64,000 nt of DNA from Lentisphaerota bacterium (GCA_013203785.1 JABMPJ010000191.1:505-64504); one strand, 5' to 3'. Shown: positions 15,049-25,740, numbered from the stretch's first letter. A program made the numbers and translations. Notes: generated by a model from the sequence alone, not told the origin.

Positions 15049-15750
15049 TCACACCGAGAGGAGGACCTTCTTCTTGCGGCGCCGCAGTGAGAGGAAAGTG
15101 ACGGCAAGGGCGCTGCAGGCCAAGGCATATTCGGCCGGTTCGGGAATCATGAGCTGCCAATTGTCCAGACCATAGCTGTTGGCGTCCGTACCGCCATCGA
15201 AGATGTAGATCCCGATCCAGTCAATCGTGGAAAGGTCCGCCAGAAAGATTTCCTCACTCCCTCCTCCAAATTCGCCGTAATACCAGAGCGAATCAGAGTA
15301 GGCCAGCGAAGCCGTGAACCCGGTCCAACCGTCGCCGGGCGTAGGCGGAGTCAGATTGAAACTCCATATCTGGCTACTGCCAGTTGATTGGAATCGCACT
15401 TCAAGGTCACCCGGCGTCGCATCTTCAGCCCAAAAATCAAACTCGATCCACATCTCGTCCGTCCAGTCGCCGGCAAATAGATCACTGGCTTGGGTGTAGA
15501 CCACGGTCTCGGCCTCACCGCCGGGGCGGCTGCCATCATAGTTGATCTGGAGATAGCCCGTATCGTCCACGCCGCCGGAGGATGGGTCGGTCAGAGTGAC
15601 ATAGGCCTCGTCTTCGGTCCAATTCTCCAAGTCAGCGCCAGCATCGTTCCACTCATTGGCTCCCAACACCACACCGGCACGAGCCGCCGACACAGCGCTG
15701 ACGATTACCAGTGCCGTCAGGACGGCTAAAGACTTCGAAAACACCTGCAT
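15049..15750 (-). CDS. PEP-CTERM sorting-domain protein (exosortase substrate), secreted
   Basis: Signal peptide MQVFSKSLAVLTALVIVSAVSAARA. C-terminal IPEP + hydrophobic helix + RRRKKK (…LMIPEPAEYALACSALAVTFLSLRRRKKKVLLSV). The mature region is acidic, Trp/Gly-rich and of unknown function. Confidence 0.8.
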   Translation of the reverse strand: MQVFSKSLAVLTALVIVSAVSAARAGVVLGANEWNDAGADLENWTEDEAYVTLTDPSSGGVDDTGYLQINYDGSRPGGEAETVVYTQASDLFAGDWTDEMWIEFDFWAEDATPGDLEVRFQSTGSSQIWSFNLTPPTPGDGWTGFTASLAYSDSLWYYGEFGGGSEEIFLADLSTIDWIGIYIFDGGTDANSYGLDNWQLMIPEPAEYALACSALAVTFLSLRRRKKKVLLSV

Positions 15751-15972
15751 ATTCACCGTTCTGCGGGCCTCACACCCCGGAATTGATCCCATTCAACGTG
15801 ACTATGGTAGCATATCTCACAGAATCTGAAAACATTTCTTGCGGCACGTTCAGCCGTCCTCGCTATCGACCCGGCCCGCGAGGCCGCTCGCCCTCCCACC
15901 CTGAGGTATACAGCGGTGCTTCGGGGGGCCGCTGGCCTCGGGGCCGTTATGGCGGAGGTCCTTAAAGCATGA

Positions 15973-17049
15973 TTACAGAATCAACATACAGTCGCCATAG
16001 CTATAGAAACGATATTTCTGCGAGACGGCTTCATTGTAGGCGGCCATGATGCGCTCGCGACCATCGTGACTGCTTCTGTCACAGAAAGCACTGACCAGCA
16101 TGAGCAGGGTGGAGCGCGGCAGGTGGAAGTTGGTCAGCAGGCCATCCACCGCGCCGAATGTGAAGGGCGACCTGATAAAGAGACGGCTCCAGCCAGAGGC
16201 GGCCACGATCTCACCATGCTCCGCGCCAACCGTCTCAAGCGTCCGGACGGTGGTCGTACCCACCGCCACGACCCGATGGCCCGCCGCCCGCGTGGCCGCA
16301 ATGCGTGCCGCTGTCGCAGCCCCAACCTCGTACCACTCGGCATCCATCTCATGTTCCGAGACGTCGTCCGCTTTGACCGGCCGAAAGGTGCCGGGGCCCA
16401 CATGCAGCGTAACAGAGGCTCGCCCCACCCCACGGGCCTCAAGGGCCGTGAGCAGCTCGTCCGAAAAATGGAGCCCCGCCGTCGGTGCCGCCACGGCACC
16501 TCGCGAACGGGCGTAGACGGTTTGATAGCGGTCCCGGTCAGCCTGAGCACGCACCTCGTCCTGATTGGTCCGCTTGATATAGGGGGGCAGAGGCACATCG
16601 CCATGCCGGTCGAGCAATGCATCAAGCGGGGTCGCCGACACCAGTTTCACCTGCACGGCACCCTCGGTCCCTGTCGCAAGAATCGTGGCCGTGATGGCGT
16701 CACCCGCCAAACGAAGCGTCATACCGGGGCGCGGCCGGAAGCCGCTCTTCATGAGGGCCTCCCAATACTCACCAAGTCCATCGCTCTCAACACGGTGGGT
16801 CAAGAGCAGCTCGACCTGTCCGCCCGTATCACTACGCACGCCGTGAATGCGGGCCGGAAAGACCTTGGTGTCGTTCACGACGAGCAGATCGCCCGGATTG
16901 AGGTAGTCCATGATCGTCGCGATCGAGCTATGGATGGGCGATCCACCTGCGCGCGGGAGGACCAGCATGCGCGAGGCGCTGCGTTCGGGCAACGGGTCCT
17001 GGGCAATCAGCTCAGGCGGCAGTTCGTAATCGAAGTCAGACGTCTTCAT
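15973..17049 (-). CDS. queA: S-adenosylmethionine:tRNA ribosyltransferase-isomerase
   Basis: MKTSDFDYELPPELIAQDP… is the canonical QueA N-terminus, and family similarity continues to the C-terminus. Alternative upstream ATG at 17079. Confidence 0.85.
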   Translation of the reverse strand: MKTSDFDYELPPELIAQDPLPERSASRMLVLPRAGGSPIHSSIATIMDYLNPGDLLVVNDTKVFPARIHGVRSDTGGQVELLLTHRVESDGLGEYWEALMKSGFRPRPGMTLRLAGDAITATILATGTEGAVQVKLVSATPLDALLDRHGDVPLPPYIKRTNQDEVRAQADRDRYQTVYARSRGAVAAPTAGLHFSDELLTALEARGVGRASVTLHVGPGTFRPVKADDVSEHEMDAEWYEVGAATAARIAATRAAGHRVVAVGTTTVRTLETVGAEHGEIVAASGWSRLFIRSPFTFGAVDGLLTNFHLPRSTLLMLVSAFCDRSSHDGRERIMAAYNEAVSQKYRFYSYGDCMLIL

Positions 17050-17218
17050 TCCTTGTGACTTTACCCCCAGCGCTTCCACGGTCTTCTATTAAATTCATGG
17101 TAATGGATACGCTCCAACGGCTTAAAAATCAAGACAGACCCTCAGAGACCGCATCACTATCATCACGATAGACCCCTCGGAATTGGATGCGTTGTCCTGG
17201 CATCAGGGCCAGCCATTC

Positions 17219-17344
17219 GCATTATGGCATCCTATCCATGCGGCCCCGGACGTCCAGGTCCCTCCATTTTGCGGGAAACCGTCAGATTCCAGCATGAAGG
17301 GATGCGCTCTGCCGCATCCGGCTACCCACTGGATGCCATAATGC
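17219..17344. repeat. Long imperfect inverted repeat / hairpin-forming element between queA and the TA module
   Basis: Perfect 14-bp arms gcattatggcatcc (17219-17232) and ggatgccataatgc (17331-17344). Inner partial complementarity (ccatgcggc / gccgcatccgg). No protein-coding capacity. Confidence 0.5.
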
Positions 17345-17361
17345 GAATTCATGCATGAGGG

Positions 17362-17390
17362 TTGACCAGGGCTCCCACTACCGGTATGCT
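17362..17390 (+). promoter_or_regulatory. Sigma70-like promoter for the antitoxin/toxin operon
   Basis: TTGACC (17362-17367), 17-nt spacer, TATGCT (17385-17390), followed by tatata. Lies 28 nt upstream of the antitoxin ATG. Confidence 0.4.
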
Positions 17391-17417
17391 ATATATAGTG
17401 CTAAATGGAGTGTGATT

Positions 17418-17672
17418 ATGAGTCTTGTATCGGTGTCAGAAATTAAGCGGCGCGGGATGTCGAGTGTGGATAAGGCCCTGGAGGACGGTCCCGTTCATCT
17501 GGTTCGGAGTAACCGGGCTGAGTATGTCGTGATGCGGGAGATGGATTATCAGGAGCTCATGACCGATCTTGCCAGCGCGAGATTGGCCGCGTCGGAGCAT
17601 GATCTGAAAGCCGGACGTGTTCAACGGGGCAATGCGGCGGAGCTGATGGACGAACTGACGCGCGGAGAGTAG
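17418..17672 (+). CDS. Type II antitoxin, Phd/YefM family
   Basis: 85 aa: MSLVSVSEIKRRGMSSV…VHLVRSNRAEYVVM…YQEL. Sits 5 nt upstream of the ParE/RelE toxin gene. The ORF-track N-terminal extension (17355) was rejected. Confidence 0.75.
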   Translation: MSLVSVSEIKRRGMSSVDKALEDGPVHLVRSNRAEYVVMREMDYQELMTDLASARLAASEHDLKAGRVQRGNAAELMDELTRGE

Positions 17673-17677
17673 AGGGC

Positions 17678-17965
17678 ATGCCGAAGCCGTTCACCCTCGT
17701 TTGGACCGAGACGTTCTCGCGCACTGCTCGCAAGTTTTTCCGAAAGCATCCCGATCTGGCAGGCATCTTTGAGGATGTTCTCAAGCAGCTCGAAACGGAT
17801 CCTCGTGCCCCGCGGCTCCGTCTGCATCGCCTTAGCGGCAAACACCGTGACAAGCAGGCTGTCAGCTTGACTTACTCCTACCGAATCGTCCTGATCCTCT
17901 GCATCAGGCAGGAAGAAGTCGTTCTGCTCGACATCGGCTCACACGATGAAGTCTACCGGGATTAG
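17678..17965 (+). CDS. Type II toxin, ParE/RelE family
   Basis: 95 aa of RelE/ParE length with a basic C-terminal half. Immediately downstream of the Phd-like antitoxin. Confidence 0.75.
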   Translation: MPKPFTLVWTETFSRTARKFFRKHPDLAGIFEDVLKQLETDPRAPRLRLHRLSGKHRDKQAVSLTYSYRIVLILCIRQEEVVLLDIGSHDEVYRD

Positions 17966-17998
17966 CACGGCGTGGGTGAGGTCGTGCCTGTTTATCGC

Positions 17999-18415
17999 TC
18001 ATTCGCCGATGATCTTAACCAAGGCCCGCTTCTTGCGCTTGCCGTCCAACTCGTAGTAGTGAATCCGCTCCCACGGTCCAAAATCGAGTTTACCGTCTGT
18101 CACGGCCACCACCACGTCACGGCCCATGATGGTCCGCTTGAGGTGGGCGTCGGCGTTATCCTCAAAGCCGTTGTGGGCGTACTGGCTATAGGGTTTTTCG
18201 GGGGCCAGCTTCTCAAGCCACTTCTCATAGTCACCGTAAAGCCCAGACTCGGCATCGTTGATGAAGCATGAGGCGGTTATGTGCATCGCGTTGACCAGAC
18301 AGAGGCCTTCACGAATACCTGATTCCGCGAGACACTCCTCAATGATCGGGGTGATGTCACGGATCTCGCGGCGCGATTTGACATCAAACCAGAGTTCCTT
18401 GCGGTATGACTTCAT
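17999..18415 (-). CDS. yjbQ: YjbQ/UPF0047 family protein (secondary thiamine-phosphate synthase-like)
   Basis: [14 protein letters not shown]…[24 protein letters not shown] matches the conserved YjbQ core. Confidence 0.75.
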   Translation of the reverse strand: MKSYRKELWFDVKSRREIRDITPIIEECLAESGIREGLCLVNAMHITASCFINDAESGLYGDYEKWLEKLAPEKPYSQYAHNGFEDNADAHLKRTIMGRDVVVAVTDGKLDFGPWERIHYYELDGKRKKRALVKIIGE

Positions 18416-18444
18416 GAGCGTTCCCCTTTTCCCCGACGCGGGAG

Positions 18445-20202
18445 TTATCCAAATTGCATGTCGTACAGCCGCTTGTAGGTGCCGTCGAGGGCGAGCAGCT
18501 CCTCGTGTGAGCCGCGCTCGATGATGTGGCCCTGGTCGAGAACGATGATGCGATCACAGGTGGTTATGGTGGAGAGTCGGTGGGCAATAGCCAAGACAGT
18601 GCGTCCGGCCATCAGATCATCCAGAGCGGCCTGCACCATGCGTTCCGACTCCGTATCGAGCGAGCTGGTCGCCTCATCAAGGATCAGAATAGGGGGATTG
18701 CGCAGAATAGCGCGTGCAATCGCGAGGCGCTGGCGCTGGCCACCCGAGAGACGGACCCCCCGCTCGCCGATGACTGTGTCGTAGCCCAGCGGCATATCCA
18801 AGATGAAGTCATGGGCGTAGGCCCGTTTAGCGGCGTCCTTAATCGCGGAGGGGTCCGCGTCGCGCGCCCCATAGCTGATGTTGTTGGCGACCGTATCGTC
18901 AAACAGAAAGGTCTCCTGCGTCACGAGTCCAATCCGAGACCGCAGTGATTGCAACGTCAGATCGCGCACGTCCTGCTCGCCAAATCGAATACTCCCGCCC
19001 GTGACGTCGTAGAAGCGCGGCACGAGGTTGACGAGTGTGGTTTTACCAGCACCGGAGCTCCCCACAAAGGCCACACGTTCACCCGGGGCAACACAAAAAC
19101 TGACATCCTTGAGGACAGGCTCGTTGCCATACGAAAAGGCGACATGGTCAAAGGTGATTGCCTGCACGTCATCCCCCAGCGCCACGGCGTCCTCACGATC
19201 CACCACGAGGGCTTCGGTGTCCAGGACTTCAAAAACCCGCTCGGCCGAGGCCCGGCTCTGTTGCATCCGGACATGGATACGCCCGATTTTCTTGACGGGC
19301 TCATACATCATGAACATGGCCGTCACAAAGGCGAGGAAGTCTGCAATAGGCATGTGTGTCATACGAACATAGACCAGTACGGCGGCGATGGAGAGCATAG
19401 CGACGAATACCACGATCGGCTCGATGCCCGCTTCGGCTTTACAGACATGCATGGTGCGCTCGAAATAGGAGCGGGTTTTCGCCATAAACCGGTTGGTCTC
19501 GTACTCCTCCATACCAAAGGCCTTCACAATGCGAACGCCAGCGATGCTCTCCTGCAGGATCGAGACGACGTCCGCAATACGCTCCTGGGCCACTTTGGTG
19601 TGACGACGCACCCGCAGACCGAAGGCCGAGATCGGGATAATGCAGAGCGGAAAGAGCACCAGGCTCACCATGGCCAACTTGGCATCCACAACGAAAATCC
19701 ATATGGTCATAAAGATGAGTGTGAAGGGCTGCGTCGCCATATCTATAATGACATTGGAAACGGCCAGCTCGACCAGCATCGTGTCGTTTGACACACGCGA
19801 GATCAACTCGCCCGATCGGCTATTGGAGAAGTAGGAGACCGAAAGCTTATGCAGTTGCTTAAACATGCCGTCGCGCAGATCGCGCACGACACGATTGCCA
19901 ACCCAGCGCACATGGTATTTGGAGAGAAAGTGCGCCAGGCCCCGCAAAGCGCCCACGGCAGGAAAGAAGAGGACCGCCACGATGACGGCCCCCAGCGGGG
20001 TATCACCCTCGCCCTCGAAGGACTCTTTAAGTCCGTTCTTTATGGCCCAGACCAAGGCACCATTGGCCGCTCCATAGAGGGCGCCAAAGAAGAAACCAAT
20101 CGCCAGCCGCGGCCAATAGCGCCGGACATAGGGCATCAAGCGCCTGTAGGGGCCCACGGTACGGTCGCCACGGTTCGTGCTATCGGGCGCGTTGCTGTCC
20201 AT
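18445..20202 (-). CDS. ABC transporter, fused permease/ATPase (MsbA-like exporter family)
   Basis: Six-TM N-terminal domain plus NBD with Walker [10 protein letters not shown], signature [14 protein letters not shown] and Walker [10 protein letters not shown]. Confidence 0.8.
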   Translation of the reverse strand: MDSNAPDSTNRGDRTVGPYRRLMPYVRRYWPRLAIGFFFGALYGAANGALVWAIKNGLKESFEGEGDTPLGAVIVAVLFFPAVGALRGLAHFLSKYHVRWVGNRVVRDLRDGMFKQLHKLSVSYFSNSRSGELISRVSNDTMLVELAVSNVIIDMATQPFTLIFMTIWIFVVDAKLAMVSLVLFPLCIIPISAFGLRVRRHTKVAQERIADVVSILQESIAGVRIVKAFGMEEYETNRFMAKTRSYFERTMHVCKAEAGIEPIVVFVAMLSIAAVLVYVRMTHMPIADFLAFVTAMFMMYEPVKKIGRIHVRMQQSRASAERVFEVLDTEALVVDREDAVALGDDVQAITFDHVAFSYGNEPVLKDVSFCVAPGERVAFVGSSGAGKTTLVNLVPRFYDVTGGSIRFGEQDVRDLTLQSLRSRIGLVTQETFLFDDTVANNISYGARDADPSAIKDAAKRAYAHDFILDMPLGYDTVIGERGVRLSGGQRQRLAIARAILRNPPILILDEATSSLDTESERMVQAALDDLMAGRTVLAIAHRLSTITTCDRIIVLDQGHIIERGSHEELLALDGTYKRLYDMQFG

Positions 20203-20204
20203 GG

Positions 20205-21122
20205 TTACGCTTCCGCCGCGGCAAGGTAGCGTTCTACTTCCAAGGCCGCCATGCAGCCGGTACCGGCTGCGGTCACGGCCTGTTTGTAGAGGGGATCCTG
20301 CACATCACCCGCTGCAAACACACCGGGAATATTGGTGCAGGTATTCTTCGTGACCAAGAACTCCTGGCCGTCCTTGTTCAACTGGTCGCCGAAGACCGCT
20401 GTGTTGGGATCGTGACCGATCGCGACGAAAAGGCCGGTCACCTCCAGGCTGGAGATCTCACCAGTCTTGACGTTGCGCAGCTTCACACCTTCCACCCCAC
20501 TTTCGCCAAGGACCTCATCCACGACTGAATCCCATCTCACCTCAATTTTTGCATTGGCCAGTACCCGCTCCCCCATGATTGAGGAGGCCCTGAAGGCATC
20601 GCGGCGATGAATCAGGGTCACGTGCTCGACCAGGCGAGAGAGATAGAGTGCGTCCTCACAGGCCGTATCACCGCCACCGACCACGGCCACCTTCTGGCCC
20701 CGATAGAAGGCCCCATCACAGGTGGCGCAACCTGAGACGCCCTTGCCAATCAGCCGCTGCTCAGAGTCCAGGCCGAGGTAGCGCGCGCTGGCTCCCGTGG
20801 CAATGATCAACGTTTCCGTCTCAATCACATCGCCGCCCGCCAACGTCAGCTTGAGTGGTCGACCGCTCAGATCGGTCTCGACCAACTCATTCATGATATA
20901 GCGCGTGCCGAAGGTTTCGGCTTGAGCCCGCATGCGCAGGACCAACTCCGGTCCGCCCTGCGGATCGGCGAACCCAGGATAATTCTCGACATCCGTCGTG
21001 GTGGTCAGCTGTCCGCCCGGCTGCATACCCTCAATCACCACGGGTGCAAGATTGGCACGTGCGGTGTACAGCGCCGCCGTCAATCCGGCTGGACCCGATC
21101 CTACAATGACTACCTTTTCCAT
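20205..21122 (-). CDS. trxB: Thioredoxin-disulfide reductase
   Basis: GSGPAG FAD motif, redox CATCDG, NADPH site VVGGGDTA. Confidence 0.9.
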   Translation of the reverse strand: MEKVVIVGSGPAGLTAALYTARANLAPVVIEGMQPGGQLTTTTDVENYPGFADPQGGPELVLRMRAQAETFGTRYIMNELVETDLSGRPLKLTLAGGDVIETETLIIATGASARYLGLDSEQRLIGKGVSGCATCDGAFYRGQKVAVVGGGDTACEDALYLSRLVEHVTLIHRRDAFRASSIMGERVLANAKIEVRWDSVVDEVLGESGVEGVKLRNVKTGEISSLEVTGLFVAIGHDPNTAVFGDQLNKDGQEFLVTKNTCTNIPGVFAAGDVQDPLYKQAVTAAGTGCMAALEVERYLAAAEA

Positions 21123-21143
21123 AACTCAGATCCTCACAATGCT

Positions 21144-22853
21144 CTATGTGTATTTCAAGACCTCTTCGGCGGTCGTATAGCCGTTCAAAATGCAGCGAAT
21201 GCCATCCTCGCGCAGGGGACGCATCCCTTCGCGCATGGCCTCCTCGCGAATCAGAAGTGTCGGTTTGCGCTCGTCGATCAGCTCCTTAATCTTGTCCGTC
21301 GTACGCAGATACTCGTAGATACCGCGCCGCCCATGGTACCCCGTATCGTTGCACTGCTGGCAACCCTTGCCATAGTAGAAGGGGCGGCCCGCCACATCAT
21401 CGCGCGTCAGGTTTAGCTGTTTCAGGACGTCGTCATCCGGTTCAAAGGCTGTCTTGCAGTGCTCGCAGATCGTGCGCACGAGACGCTGCCCCACCACGGC
21501 CGTCAGCGTTGAGGAAATGAGGTAGGGCTCGACATCCATATCAATCAGACGGGTCACGGCACCCGCAGCATCATTGGTGTGCAGCGTACTGAAGACCAAG
21601 TGCCCCGTCAGCGAGGCCTGTACGGAGATTTGGGCCGTATCAAGATCGCGAATTTCACCGATCATCATGACATCGGGGTCCTGGCGCAGGAAGGCACGCA
21701 GCACATTGTGAAACGTATTCCCGGAGGCCTCGTTAATGGGCACTTGGATGATGCCCTCCAGGTCATACTCGACCGGTTCCTCGGCGGTCAACACCTTGGT
21801 CTCGATCCGATTGATCCGATGAAGGGCCGAATAAAGGGTGGTCGTCTTGCCTGATCCGGTCGGGCCGGTCACGATGATAATGCCGTTGGGGCGCTCGATA
21901 TCCTGCACCAGTGCATCGTAGACATCCGTCGGCATACCTAAGTTTTCAAGCTGCAGCGAGACAACGGAACGGTCCAGAACACGCAGCACCACGCTCTCGC
22001 CGAACTGGGTGGGGAGGGTCGAGACACGCAGATCGATCTGGCGTCCCGCAATCGTCAGTTGGATACGTCCGTCCTGTGGCAAACGGCGCTCTGCAATGTT
22101 GAGGTTCGACATGACCTTGATACGCGAAATAATCGGCATGGCCAGACGCTTGGCGGGCGGGCGCATCTCATACAGCGCACCGTCGACACGGTAGCGAATC
22201 TTGAACTCTTTCTCAAACGGCTCGAAGTGGATATCCGAGGCGCGGTCATTGACGGCCTGGTAGAGCACCAGATTCACAAACCGAATGACGGGCGTGGAGC
22301 CGGCGGCCTCTTCGATGCCGTGCTCATCTTCCTCGTCGCCCAGTAGCAGCGATTCACCGCTCTCCTCGATTTCAGACTCGAGAGCCGAGAGCATGTCCGT
22401 TACGGCGGCACTATCGTCGCCGTAGAACTGATTGATAAAGGTCTGACAGTCTTCTTCGCGCGCCATGACGAATGAGACGTCGCGCGTCAGTACGAACATC
22501 AGCTCATCCATTACCTGAGGATTGATCAGGGTCGAGGTTGCCAAGACCACCGAGTTGGGGCCCACCTCAATCGGCACCACGTTGTACATGCGCGCGACAC
22601 TGGCTGGCACGCAATGCACGACATCCGGGGGGACGTCCGTGGCAGGCAGATTGATGGTCTTGGTGCCTAGGTAATCGGCAAACAATTCAAGGAGCTGGTC
22701 CTCGGTCAGAAGGCCCATATCGATCAGAATCTGCCGCACAGGCTTGCCGGTCGTTTCGTGCTCATTCGTGATATCCGCCGCGAGCTCGTCGGTCAGCGTC
22801 GTACGCTCGGCCACCAGCTGCAAAACGGGATCGATGTGTTGCGATTCAGACAT
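21144..22853 (-). CDS. GspE/PilB-type secretion/assembly ATPase (type II secretion / type IV pilus family)
   Basis: GSPII_E N-terminal domain. Walker [14 protein letters not shown]-terminal tetracysteine (CEHC…CQQC). Start taken at MSESQ to avoid overlap with pilT. Confidence 0.8.
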   Translation of the reverse strand: MSESQHIDPVLQLVAERTTLTDELAADITNEHETTGKPVRQILIDMGLLTEDQLLELFADYLGTKTINLPATDVPPDVVHCVPASVARMYNVVPIEVGPNSVVLATSTLINPQVMDELMFVLTRDVSFVMAREEDCQTFINQFYGDDSAAVTDMLSALESEIEESGESLLLGDEEDEHGIEEAAGSTPVIRFVNLVLYQAVNDRASDIHFEPFEKEFKIRYRVDGALYEMRPPAKRLAMPIISRIKVMSNLNIAERRLPQDGRIQLTIAGRQIDLRVSTLPTQFGESVVLRVLDRSVVSLQLENLGMPTDVYDALVQDIERPNGIIIVTGPTGSGKTTTLYSALHRINRIETKVLTAEEPVEYDLEGIIQVPINEASGNTFHNVLRAFLRQDPDVMMIGEIRDLDTAQISVQASLTGHLVFSTLHTNDAAGAVTRLIDMDVEPYLISSTLTAVVGQRLVRTICEHCKTAFEPDDDVLKQLNLTRDDVAGRPFYYGKGCQQCNDTGYHGRRGIYEYLRTTDKIKELIDERKPTLLIREEAMREGMRPLREDGIRCILNGYTTAEEVLKYT

Positions 22854-22854
22854 A

Positions 22855-23919
22855 TCAGCGACGAGTGCCTTCCTCACGCAGTTTCTGAATAATCATTTCG
22901 GCATCCTGGGCTTTCGTGATCAAATCTTCATACCGGATCTGTCCGGCGCGATAGAGCGCCATCATATGCGAATCGAGCGTAATCATACCATGCTTGGCGC
23001 CGGTTTGAATGTCGGAGGCAATACGGAAGGTCTTGTTCTCACGGATCAGCGAGCGGATGGACGGGGTTGAGATCATGATTTCAAACGCCGCCACGCGGCC
23101 AGGTTTGTCCTCACGCACGAGCAGCAATTGCGAGATGACGGCCACAATACCGGCGGCCAACTGGGTACGCACCTGCTCCTGCTGATCGGTCGGGAAGGCA
23201 TCCACGATACGATCCACGGTATTGGCCGCGCCGGTTGTGTGCAGTGTCGCGAAAACCAAGTGGCCTGTTTCCGCCGCCGTGATCGCGGCTTCCATCGTCT
23301 CCAGGTCGCGCATTTCACCCACGAGAATAACATCCGGGTCCTGACGCAGGGCGCGCCGTAAAGCCTCTTTGAATGAGGGCACGTCCACACCCAGCTCGCG
23401 TTGTGTCACGAGAGCCTTGTTGTGGGAGTGGTAATACTCAATCGGGTCCTCGATCGTGATGATATGGCAGTCGCGTTCCTGGTTAATCACATTGATCATG
23501 CTGGCCAGGGTGGTGGTTTTGCCCGATCCGGTCGGCCCGGTCACCAAGACCAGACCGCGCGGACGGAATAGCAACTCCTTGACCTGCGGCGGCAGACCAA
23601 TCCGTTCGAGCGTCATGAGTTCGGTTGGAATCTGCCTGAGCACCACGCCGACGTTGCCCTTGGACTTCAGTACACTCACGCGGAAGCGGGCTTTTTCACC
23701 AAAACTGAAACCAAAGTCGGTTCCCCCACCCTCGCGCACCTTCTGCTGGTGGTCGGGGGAGGTGATCGACTTCATGAGCCGGTCGGTGTCCTCGGGGGTC
23801 AGGGCAGGACAGTCGAGTGGCTGAAGACCGCCGTTGATACGCAGCATGGGAGGGGCCCCCACGTTGAGGTGAAGGTCGGACGACCCTTCGTCAACGGTCA
23901 GCTGAAGCAGATCATCCAT
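22855..23919 (-). CDS. pilT: Twitching-motility/retraction ATPase PilT
   Basis: [31 protein letters not shown] aligns with the PilT N-terminus. Walker [18 protein letters not shown]. ~355 aa. Confidence 0.85.
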   Translation of the reverse strand: MDDLLQLTVDEGSSDLHLNVGAPPMLRINGGLQPLDCPALTPEDTDRLMKSITSPDHQQKVREGGGTDFGFSFGEKARFRVSVLKSKGNVGVVLRQIPTELMTLERIGLPPQVKELLFRPRGLVLVTGPTGSGKTTTLASMINVINQERDCHIITIEDPIEYYHSHNKALVTQRELGVDVPSFKEALRRALRQDPDVILVGEMRDLETMEAAITAAETGHLVFATLHTTGAANTVDRIVDAFPTDQQEQVRTQLAAGIVAVISQLLLVREDKPGRVAAFEIMISTPSIRSLIRENKTFRIASDIQTGAKHGMITLDSHMMALYRAGQIRYEDLITKAQDAEMIIQKLREEGTRR

Positions 23920-23965
23920 CTCAATGTGTCCGGATCCCATATGCCACTCCTTGCCGTATTACGTG

Positions 23966-25726
23966 CTACTCCACATCGCCCATGGTGACTCTGAGCACCT
24001 CTTCAACTGTGGTCATCCCTGATGCAATTTTACGCAGGCCATCTTCACGCAGCGTGCGCATGCCGGCCTCGCGGGCGAAATTGCGCAACTCGGTCGAACT
24101 GACCTTCTCGAAAATCATGCGCTGGATGTCGTCATTCACGACCATGATCTCGAATAGCCCTTTGCGACTGTGGTACCCCGTAAGCGAACACTTCGCGCAG
24201 CCGTGCCCTCGCACCAGCTTCTGGTCGAGTAGCGACTCGGCGGCGGAACCCAGTCCTGCCAGTTCATGCCGCTCGGGTTGATACTCCTCCTTGCAGTTCT
24301 CACAGGTGCAGCGCACCAGTCGCTGCGCCATAACCGAACGGAGAGACGAGGCCACCATGAAGGGTTTTACACCGATGTCGAGAAGACGCGTAACGGCGCC
24401 CGGCGCATCGTTCGTGTGCAGCGTGCTGAAGACGAGGTGACCAGTCAGGGAGGCCTCTGTCGCAATATTGGCGGTTTCTCTATCTCGAATCTCACCGATC
24501 ATCACGACGTTGGGCGCCTGGCGCAGAATCGAGCGCAGCGCCACGGCAAAGGTCATGCCTATCGATGCTCGGACCTGGACCTGATTGATACCCGACATCT
24601 CGTACTCGACCGGGTCCTCGACCGTGATGATCTTGCGGTCGGGCCGGTTGATGGCACTCAGACAGGCGTACAGCGTGGTGGTCTTGCCCGAACCCGTTGG
24701 GCCCGTCACCAGAATGATTCCGTCCGGCATGCCAATCATCCGTTCAAAGGTCTGCTGGTCGTCCGAGAAGAAGCCCAGCTTCGGCAGACCGAGGGCCAGG
24801 TTCTGCTTGTCCAGAATACGCATCACGACGCTCTCGCCGTGGTTGGTCGGTACGGTAGACACTCGGAGGTCAAGCTGGCGACCCAAAATGTTGACCTGGA
24901 TGCGTCCGTCCTGCGGCTTACGTTTCTCGGAGATCTTCATCGCCGCCATGATCTTTATTCGACTCAGAATGGCCGCTTGCAACCGCTTGGGAGGGCTATC
25001 GACCTCGTGCAGGACACCGTCAATGCGGTAACGCACACGGAAGCGCTTCTCGAGCGGCTCGAGGTGGATATCCGAGGCGCGGTTGCGGTAGGCTTCCAGA
25101 ATGATCAGGCTGACCAGCTTGATAATCGGCGCGTCCGAGTCCGAGTCCGAGTCCTGGACGCGATCCTCGGTGCCAGCCATGGCCACATCGACGGTACCAT
25201 CCGAGATCATATCCAACATGCTGTCCATGTCGGATTCGTCCGTATAGTAATGATCCAGGGCCACCTTCAGCTCAGCCTTGGTCGTGACCACGCCCTCGAC
25301 CTCGCAGTCGAGCAGATGGCGCAAGCCGTCCAAAGCATCAAAGTTGAGTGGATCGGCCAAGGCGACCGTCAGGACATTGTCACTCTTATAGACCGGCACA
25401 ACGCGGTAGCGACGGGCGGTCGGGGTGTCGACCATGCTGCGGACCTCGGCCGGGACCTCTATGTCCTTCATGGCCACGACCTGCATGCCGAATTGCTCGG
25501 CCAGAACCTGCATCACCTCATCTTCATCGAGCTTGTCACGGTCGATTAGAACATCCACCGTGGAGGTGCCTGCGTGGACAATGCTGCTCTGCGCTTCCTC
25601 GATCTGCTCTGCCGTGACCATCCCGCGTTCCTGCAGGATTTCCAGCACGTATTGATCGTTTGAAGTCAGGGGCATGCAGCGCTCTTCCTTTGGCTGGTTA
25701 CTATACGAATGCACCCCCGAAGCCAC
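23966..25726 (-). CDS. Second GspE/PilB-type ATPase
   Basis: GSPII_E N-terminal domain. Walker [19 protein letters not shown]-terminal CENC…CAKC zinc motif. Confidence 0.8.
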   Translation of the reverse strand: MASGVHSYSNQPKEERCMPLTSNDQYVLEILQERGMVTAEQIEEAQSSIVHAGTSTVDVLIDRDKLDEDEVMQVLAEQFGMQVVAMKDIEVPAEVRSMVDTPTARRYRVVPVYKSDNVLTVALADPLNFDALDGLRHLLDCEVEGVVTTKAELKVALDHYYTDESDMDSMLDMISDGTVDVAMAGTEDRVQDSDSDSDAPIIKLVSLIILEAYRNRASDIHLEPLEKRFRVRYRIDGVLHEVDSPPKRLQAAILSRIKIMAAMKISEKRKPQDGRIQVNILGRQLDLRVSTVPTNHGESVVMRILDKQNLALGLPKLGFFSDDQQTFERMIGMPDGIILVTGPTGSGKTTTLYACLSAINRPDRKIITVEDPVEYEMSGINQVQVRASIGMTFAVALRSILRQAPNVVMIGEIRDRETANIATEASLTGHLVFSTLHTNDAPGAVTRLLDIGVKPFMVASSLRSVMAQRLVRCTCENCKEEYQPERHELAGLGSAAESLLDQKLVRGHGCAKCSLTGYHSRKGLFEIMVVNDDIQRMIFEKVSSTELRNFAREAGMRTLREDGLRKIASGMTTVEEVLRVTMGDVE

Positions 25727-25740
25727 AAGCCTAATGCGGC

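Noticed and set aside
17219-17344. A preQ1/queuosine riboswitch associated with queA
   Set aside because: The element is much larger than preQ1 aptamers and lacks their conserved loop sequences. preQ1 riboswitches typically regulate queCDEF/queT rather than queA.
17355-17417. ORF-track N-terminal extension of the antitoxin (MRVDQGSHYRY…)
   Set aside because: It overlaps the predicted -10 region, has no RBS, and Phd/YefM antitoxins are ~85 aa. The ATG at 17418 fits.
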